Shown piece by piece: positions 50,066 through 57,582 of a DNA stretch of 57,582 bases. The stretch is taken from the NCBI GenBank assembly GCA_900088475.1, contig FLMG01002277.1:1-57582 (forward strand). Reading direction: 5' to 3'. Both the position numbers and the translations under genes were made by a program. The notes beneath the pieces are model-generated. The model had not been told where the DNA came from. It saw only the letters and a list, made by a program, of their open reading frames with translations, and did not search any database. Each line of letters opens with the position of its first letter. The stretch's first letter is position 1. The DNA comes from Hyphochytrium catenoides. Its lineage: Eukaryota > Protista > Hyphochytriomycota.

Positions 50066-53000
50066 TTATCTGCCTTTACCCTTGGCCCACGACTTCATGA
50101 GCTGGGAACCAGTAAGAGAGACCCCTCCCCCCGTCCGTTGGCTCTTTTGAGGCCTGGACATAAAGGTAGGCAACGTTCTCTTTCTTCCTCCAGTTGCCTG
50201 GGTCTCGATCTCCTCCTCTCCGTCTTCACCTCTCACATCCAACTGGGATGTGGTTAGGAAAGAGGAGAGATTGCTCTGCGTCAGCTTTGGTGCCGCTTTA
50301 GCTCTAGGTTTTGGTCTTCTTCCCCGAGTGGACGAAGAGAGAGAAGGCGCAACATCGTCCTCGTCGCTGATTTCTATTTCTTCTACGTCAGAGTCAGGAA
50401 GAGCCGCCGCCACTTTCTTGCCTCTCCCTCCTCCCCGCTTTGCTGCGACTTTCTTCTTCGTGGGTGCCCTCTTTGCCCTGCTCTTGCTGGCAGGCTTTGC
50501 CGCAGCTGTGCGCCCTCTTTTAGCTGGTCTAAAGTCCTCTTCCTCGTCGTCATCGTCAAAATCCAAATCCTTGCCTTCCTCTTCGTCATCGTCTCTGTCT
50601 TTTCTTGTCTCGTCCTCTTCTTCTTCATCGATTCCCCCCTCTTCTTCACTATAGGAGGCGATGGCTTTGGCCGCTTTCTTCGCCGAGGCTCTCTGTGTGG
50701 TTCTTCCTTTGGGGGAAGGGCCTCGGCCTCGCACACCCCCACGGAAATCCTCGTCAAAGTCTAGGTCAGGCTCTCTTCCTTCTTTCTCTTCTTCCGCTTC
50801 TTTTTCTCTTCTGACCTCTCGTCGACCCGCTGATGCGTTATTGAGTTGTGTCTCCGTCGCGTCACCGTTTACGCGATTCTGTGAGTATTAGCAAAAGTTA
50901 GACTCATAAGAGTAGGCTTCATGCTGCCCACAGCGAGAATGACACCGAGGCACTCGAGGATGGCAGACAGAAGACGGCAATGCTCGATGCCAGGTGGTAG
51001 ACCTGACAAAGTGGAGTACAAGGCCACATGAGGTGGGAAGGTGCCACAACACGGTTGCCAAAGGAAGAGGAAAAGAGGAAAAGGCCTGTGGCTGCAAAGC
51101 CACTAAAGTAGTGGACGAAGGAAGAACCATAAAGGACAGCGCATTATCTACCTGGTCAGCTCTTCCCCTCTCCTCTGTTGGCCTAGGCTCTTTCTCTACT
51201 TGTTCCGATCGAGAGGATACTACTTCCTTGATCTCTGACACTTGTTTCACCTCTTTCTTCTTCTTCAGTATCTCCTGGAGCGTCTCAATCTCCCGCTCTA
51301 CCATTTCACCTATTGCCCCCGCATCTCCCTTGATGTAACTCTCAAGCGCCAGCCCTAGCTTGTTTACTGGCAGCGCCATGAGTTTGCTGGCAGATGTACG
51401 GAGCTTCTCAGCAACAAAGTCCTCAACCTTGGTTTGGTCCAGAGGAAGAGGCCTGTTGAAGAGTCAGAAGTATTCGCGGCGACAAATAGAAAAGGATAGG
51501 ATTATGCGTGAGGCCAGCCAGTGCGAAGAGAAAATAGAACAAGAGACTACCCAGGCAGCGCATAGATAAATGGATTGCTAGACAACAGCTGCAAAAGATT
51601 ACGGCTTATAAAGTTTCGGTGGCATCAAGATAGAGCGAAAGGCGCTCCTATACGGAGCCCAAATTAGGACAGCACGGATAGGCAGGAGATGAATAAGATT
51701 GAGTAGCGATGGATGATCGAGGACCGGGCTTTATAATATCTGTTCTGAATGGGTGAGCTTACCTCAGAGGACCAGGCATTGGCCTTTTGGCTGGGTCTTT
51801 CTCTGCACATGGCCATTTCCAGGGTTAGCTAACAATCCTCAACAACTTATCGGGACAACACTAGATACAAAGGAAAGCATGGAAGGAGCAGGAGTAGGTC
51901 GACGGACATTTTACACTCTTCTAGCATCGAACTGGGCAATCAGCCACAAACCAGGGCCCCATACGAGAGAACTGACAACAAAACCGAGTGCAAAGGGTTC
52001 GAGAGAGTCAAATAGCGTAGCCATCGAGAGATACTGTTTCTTGCCTTCGTCCTCCTTTCCCTTCCTCCGCCTAAAGAAGAGCAGGATATCATTGGGATTG
52101 GCTACTTCCCCTACAAACTGGCGGCCAAATCTCTGGTTATTTAGCACCGGAAATCCTGAGTGCTCCACGCGCAAACGGACGAGGATCTCCTTGTATTTAA
52201 TGTTTGGCTAAGGGCAATCGCAGCGGCAGCAAAAGGAATAAGAGATGAGCGACGACAAAAGAAGAGTCCCACGTGGGAGAATACATACGATCGAGACAGG
52301 GATGAAGCGCAGCAAGCAGCGGAGCTTAAATAGGGAAGTGGGCAGCAACAAGGGAAAAAAACGGACAAACAGAGGGACAGGAGCAACCAAGCGCAAACGA
52401 TGGCGTGAGTTAGTTTGGGAAGGAGCGAGTCTGCTGACCATCTGCTCCTTCGCATCCAAGATAATATCCTTGACAATGTCAACAAGCTTGGCTGAGATCT
52501 TATCCTGGATATTCGGGTCGTCAGGGTCCAGCTCCATGTCAGACAGAGAGACCTCGTGGAAGATGAACGGCCGCACATTTTCAAACTTTATCCGGGTTAT
52601 CCTGCAAAAGGGAGGAGCAAAATAGTGTAAGGATTAAGGGGGAAAGGCGAGGCAGGGAAAAGACAGAGCGAGAGAAAGAGAAAAGCAGAGGGAGAGAGGA
52701 ACTGTGTGGGCGAGATAGTCAGTGCTCTGTAAGATCTAGCAGAGTGCGGCACGCAAGCCCTTAACCAACCTGAACTCCTTATCTGCTATCTCTAGCACTC
52801 CAAAGTGTTTCGGTACAGCTTCTCCCTCCACGAGAGAGGTAGCTACAGAAGAGCCCGGCTGTGTGACAAAGAAGTCACCCTTCAAGCTATATTCTGGTGA
52901 TATCAGGCACTCGTGCTCATGTCCCCAGAGCACCAGGTTTATAAAGTTAGGGATGAATGACTCTGGCACGCAGTTCTTGCTTCCTCTCCCGCGGTTGTCT

Positions 53001-53885
53001 CTATTTTGATGGATGATAAAGATATTGAACCACGGAGAGTTGCCATTCTCGTCCGAGGCTGGAAAGTGAAGGGCCATATGAAGGAGATAAAGACAGAACC
53101 CGTGTCAACGATGAGGTTGATAAAAGAGAACAAGGGCATGAAAGAGACAGTGAGAGAGAGAGAGAGAGAAAGAGAAAGAGAGAGAGAAGAGGACAATGGG
53201 GCCGAGACAGCTCGGCTGCCCATAAGGACTGACAGAGTCAACCATGTGGGGGTGAGAGAGACAGCTTACCTCCGTCTACGGGCTCTAGGAACTTCACTTT
53301 CTTTTGCGCAAACATTCGGTTAAGTCTCTCATCCCTTACACTACCTAACCCATAGAGAGCAATCTTAGTCGTGCCCTTCTCCATCAGGATAGGGTGAATC
53401 TCAATGTTGTCTACTCTCTCGCTCTTCCCAAAGTAGTTCACCAGATTGGAGACAGAGAGAAGATCTAGCGCGGCAAGTGCAGTCGTTCCTCCCTCTCTCG
53501 TGGGATCGTCATGGTTGCCGTGTATGCTGAATACTGGGAGCTGCACGTTGTAGTTGGGATCTTGATAGTTGACGACCTCGGTATTGGGAAAGTTTATCTT
53601 CTGGTCGCTGACAATCTCGATCTTGATATCGCCGTCACCCATGCAGTAGTTGCGCAATAACGCCATAGTTCTAAAAAGAGTCTGTCTGGAGGGCTTGTTA
53701 TCGTGGAATAGATCTCCGCCAAGAAGTAAGAGATCCGCATTGATGTTTAAGGCATGCTTCAGCACTTCTTCAAAGGCCTCGAAGGAGTCATTGCCTCGTA
53801 CAGGATCTTTCTCTAGATACCCCAGGTGATTATCGGTCGAGATGACAATCCTAAAGGTGTTCTCCTGAGGGGGTTCCGCGGCCAT
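50066..53885 (-). CDS. MRE11: Double-strand-break repair nuclease MRE11, ~7 exons
   Basis: Phosphoesterase motifs STDNHLG, GGDLFHDNKPS, IHGNHDDP, DERLNR, HQNR, WGHEHEC, QPGSSVATSL. Capping region VRLRVEHSG..NNQRFG..VANPNDIL. C-terminal GAR (RGG) and acidic tail. Confidence 0.97.
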
Positions 53886-55064
53886 CGCTTACACTCCGCT
53901 TCTGCCTTGCTGAAACGCAGGGCCGTCCTCCTTTCAAGTTCGACTGTCAGCTGTTGCTCCCCGGTCCATCAGTCGCATCCTGATCCGTTGTCATCTTGCT
54001 ACATCAAACCTGTCGCGCCGCCGCTCCTATCCTTTAACAGCCCTCCTCAGTCAAACAGGCCGGTGCTACCTTGGCTCTGAGCTCACATGGAGCTTCACTT
54101 TTCATTCTTTCATCGGCCTCAAACTATGGCGAGAACGCCGATAAGAAGCAGCGCGAGATGTTGTTGGCGCGAAACTCATTCGCACTCACCCTCTTCATCA
54201 CCTCTAACACCTTTATCGCTGATAGCCACTCTATACCTTGCTATTATTCTTACCAAGCAGCGCATTTATCCATAATGAGGAGGCGCAAGGTCATGAAAGA
54301 CTTTATTGGTAGTTTTCTTGATGATTGTAAGGGCTTCTTCTAACATTCGCAGGCTCCTCCTGTCTGCTTGGGCAGCAGCCTGGGATGCTGACGCTCTATC
54401 TCTTCTTCTCTCACTAGTTCTACCTAGTTAGTGAAGATGTATCAGTGTTCAAGCGTAGGCTTGCTGCCTCTCCTCCATTTGCGGCCATGGCACTCTCTTG
54501 CACGCCTTTCCTCTGAGCAAGATTTCTTCCGGAGAGCTGAAAGCGAGCTCACGATGCTTTTGGGGACAATGACTCTCGAACAGAGGAAGAAGGATAATTT
54601 CTAAGAAGATAGTCCAGGATGGATAAGAGATCCAATTCATTGAGCGATGATAAGAGGTCGCTAGTGGCGCCGCGTGCCTCTCAAAAGAGATGAAGCAACA
54701 AAGCTTAAATCTCTTTCAAAGGTAACGTCCCGAGTCCCATCAAGAAGTTTCACTGCCATCATGATCTCATGCCTGCGTTCTTTCGCTGACTGCCTGGAAG
54801 AACATTTATTCCATCACTTGACTCTCCCATCCAAGTAATTGTTCCGATGATGGAGCTGAAGGCCAATCGGATTCAGCATAGTAGTAAAGGCTTCAGCAGG
54901 GAAAGGAGCAGCCCGGAGGAGCAGACGAAGAAGAAGAAGTGGCGGTACAATGTATCATATGGATTCAGCCCTCTTGTCGCTTCTCCTTCCCCCAATACTC
55001 CCCATATTAATGCCTTCCGCTCTTCTTCCACAGCCTTCAGGACAGAAATCTGTAGAGGGTCGCA

Positions 55065-55280
55065 TGAGACTCAGACTGGTCATGTTATACTATCGTCCCT
55101 GAGCCCTTTCTGCAGCACATTCGAGCAGCCTTCCCTCTCCCGTCGACCTAAGCGCTAATTCTTCAACAGCAAATGAGTCGTCTGAAGGTACTGCCGCCGT
55201 CCAAGAAGTGTCAGCAGAAGGACTTAGCAGCAACAGCAGCAAACAGAAACGAAAGTACAACATGACCAGTCTGAGTCTCA
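55065..55280. repeat. 27-bp inverted repeat (55065-55091 / 55254-55280) with 1 mismatch and a 162-bp spacer
   Basis: tgagactcagactggtcatgttatact versus agtacaacatgaccagtctgagtctca. Confidence 0.9.
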
Positions 55281-55486
55281 GAAAGAGTCTGCGTGAAGAG
55301 TTCAGAAAGAAGGCAAAGAGTGCAGAAAGTGTGATCAGGCCCAAAAGGGCCATATCTGCCCCTTTGCTCCTTCCGCGGAGCCCTAAGCAGGAAGGATGTG
55401 TGTTTGCTCGGGACTCTAGATACTTTCTTCTTAATAAAAATATCTCTTTCTGTGCCTGTCCACAGGCACTTCCCTGTCGGCCACAC

Positions 55487-55732
55487 TTCTCTCTTCGACC
55501 CTGCCCTGGCTAACTTGCTTTGGGTACCACTCCACTCACTTGGGAATCTATCACCAATGCTTTATATAACTACGAAGCTATTTAAATAGCGGATCGTCCA
55601 AGGAAGGCTTTGGGTGAGTGGTCGTACCGCTATATAGATAGCTTCGTAGTTATATAGGCATTGGTGATAGATTCCCAAGTGAGGGGAGTGGTACCCAAAG
55701 CAAAGTTAGCCAGGGCAGGGTCGAAGAGAGAA
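55487..55732. repeat. Long imperfect inverted repeat (hairpin): arms ~55487-55600 and ~55619-55732, loop ~18 nt
   Basis: Left arm ttctctcttcgaccctgccctggctaac..gaagctatttaaatagcgg pairs with right arm ccgctatatagatagcttc..gttagccagggcagggtcgaagagagaa, with a few mismatches and indels. Confidence 0.92.
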
Positions 55733-56286
55733 CCGATAAGGCCGACGAGGAGACACACTACGATAGCGGTCTCATCCAGGTTAACCTTGGCTAACTTGAG
55801 CCGTCTATGAAGGTCCTTCACTTTGTTCACATAGTCCCTTATGGGACCACCCTCATATCGGGACTGGAAAAGTTCTTGAGCAAGGAAGAATGAATGATTC
55901 TTCGTCAACGACTTAAAACGCCGTTGTAGCTCAGACCAGAGAGCTCTGGGACTGTCCTTGAATTCAAGGAGTTCTCCAAGAAGCGATGAGTCCACCGTCG
56001 AAAGGATGGCCCGCATGACTTGGTTAGACCGTTTCTCGTAGAGAGCGAGGTCCCTAAAGTCCGTCGACGCGGGTTTCTCCTCGGTTGTTACCAGGGACAT
56101 GGTCCTTCACACTTGAAATATTTCTCCAGTTGCCATCCCAGACCTCAAAGTTTTTGATTGGCCAGTTAGTTTGACCGCTAGAGAGAGAGTACTAACTGAT
56201 GCAGAAGCACCAGCAGGAGTAGAAGCTTGAGCAGATAGCGAAGAGTCCGACGAGGACCAAGAGACTGTAGTTTGTCCCGAAGTCAT
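55630..56286 (-). pseudogene. Ty1/Copia gag (Retrotran_gag_2/UBN2-type), frameshifted and truncated
   Basis: KLTG..NFEVW..WQLEKYF (frameshifted), then ILSTVDSSLL..SPRALWSELQRRF..IRDYVNKVKDLHRRLKLAKVNLDETAIVVCLLVGL. No zinc knuckle or pol follows. Confidence 0.8.
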
Positions 56287-56344
56287 CTGTCTCCCAAAGA
56301 CTGAAAGATAGAAGAAGGTAGCACCAAAGATCTAAGTCAAAAGA

Positions 56345-56746
56345 CGTGGGCCGAAATAACCTGACAGCGGAGTGGTGAACGCGCAGAGGATGCTCAGTGG
56401 TGAGCGAGAGTCTTAGCTAAGGTGCACTTGTGTCTTGGTGAGAGAAAGCTTTACTGAATGAGTTATGATAGATCCTACAGAACAGAAGAAGAAGGAAAGC
56501 AAGTACAATAGTATGGGAATACAAGTACTAAAAATATGTGTGGAGAAGGACAAAGTCTGTTGTTAATGATAAGACTGAGGTAAGATAATAGTGACTGTTC
56601 AATGATGAAGTGACTCTTGATCAGTGACTCTTGAGGATAAGGTGACTCTTGAACTCAATGAGTCGACACAAAGGCTGTGACGTAAGTGCAAAGCAAACCG
56701 TAACGCCAACACTTCGAGCCCTTTTTGCTTGTCCACACATGTGTCA
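56345..56746 (-). mobile_element. Putative 5' LTR (inner end at 56362, outer end uncertain) and Copia-type primer-binding site
   Basis: The minus strand reads ...CTGTCA|GGTTATTTCGGCCCAC just upstream of gag, resembling the Copia half-tRNAi-Met PBS GGTTATGGGCCCA. Possible TGACA..TGTCA termini (56362/56746). Three copies of gtgactcttga at ~56610-56652. Confidence 0.55.
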
Positions 56747-57493
56747 GTAGCCCTCTCAGTGGAGGACGCTGTCCTGGTCGTCTCCGGAGCCAGGGCAATA
56801 GACTTACATCCCTCGGCCCGTGTCAGGAGGAAGGGCTCAGCACCTAGGCATCGGGACCTCACTAATTATAGTGGCTGTTGCCTTCCTCCCCCATAGTCAT
56901 CTCAGCAGCGAGATTGGCCTGAGAGTTATCATCTGATCCTTGGAGATGGTGATCCCGAGAGAATTGCGGTAGATAAAGAGCAATGGCCTTAGCGACTGCA
57001 TGTCCCTAGGGGGAGCCGGGCTCCATTGTGCCCTGCGCAGTAAGGAGAATGCTCGCGACGCAGGCTAAGAAGGTGGTATCTCCTGAATGGCCTTGAAGCC
57101 TCTGTCCCTGCGGCCTGCGCGCGCTTTAATTGTCAGATAAGGCGCTTGAGAGCAGCAGGATAACGGAAGAGGGAGCCGGACAACGGGGCTTGCAGTGGAG
57201 GTTTGGACTGGAGCTTTGGAGCGGTTGGAGCTTTGCGCCATCTGCAAGGATGCGCCTTGACGTAGGAAGAGGAGGAGAGCGGAAGTGACGCCGCTGCATG
57301 AAGGACAGCGATCAACTGCTTTTGTCAAAGAAAGACTGAGTCAACTTCAACATGAAAATGCGACGATTGTAGGAACTGGTGCTTGTGATACTGCATCGCT
57401 ATAACCGCATAGGTATTCCTATGGAGAAAAGGTGAGAGACTAATAGCTTTCTTGGGAAACTTCTCGTCTATCTCAGGGCCAGGATGACATGAT

Positions 57494-57548
57494 GGTGAGA
57501 GAGAGAGAAGAAAGAGAGAGGAACACAGAGAGACAGAGACAGAGACAG

Positions 57549-57582
<34 letters not shown>
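57494..57582. repeat. (GA)n microsatellite at the window end
   Basis: gagaga runs. Confidence 0.9.

Noticed and set aside
56610-56652. Three copies of gtgactcttga as a mini-CRISPR or iteron array
   Set aside because: The spacers are only 4-6 bp and lie in a putative LTR, where short tandem enhancer-like repeats are common.
1-57582. Prokaryotic systems (CRISPR, defence islands, operons) or a reassigned genetic code
   Set aside because: Genes are spliced eukaryotic genes. The in-frame stops I checked fall in introns bounded by GT/GC-AG, and no repeat-spacer arrays were seen.

Overview
Intron-rich eukaryotic genomic DNA with two N gaps, from a protist; SAR, possibly a stramenopile, is a weak inference from gene content. 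Twelve protein genes can be reconstructed by hand across splice sites, all GT-AG except one apparent GC-AG. In order: a partial RNI-like LRR protein (-), OST48/WBP1 (+), a stand-alone FIST_N+FIST_C (NosP-like) protein with a mitochondrial-type presequence (-), a small Tudor-like protein (+), a ~12 kb coiled-coil gene (-), two-domain glyoxalase I (+), ArsH with a presequence and one intron (-), a CPSF30/CPSF4 homologue fused to an extra CCCH finger, a YTH domain and a DCD domain (+), an intronless ZIP transporter (+), DPCD (-), KNL1/Spc105 (+) and MRE11 (-). The right end holds a truncated Ty1/Copia element whose gag 3' end is folded back into a ~114-bp-arm hairpin. Best candidates for new biology: (1) the CPSF30-YTH-DCD putative dual modified-base reader, (2) an organelle-targeted NosP-like FIST sensor, (3) a KNL1 with seven RRxT(A/T)SP repeats ahead of an internal PP1-docking site, and (4) the gag-derived hairpin as a possible small-RNA source. 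No rRNA, tRNA or CRISPR arrays were seen. All exon models are manual and no database searches were run.
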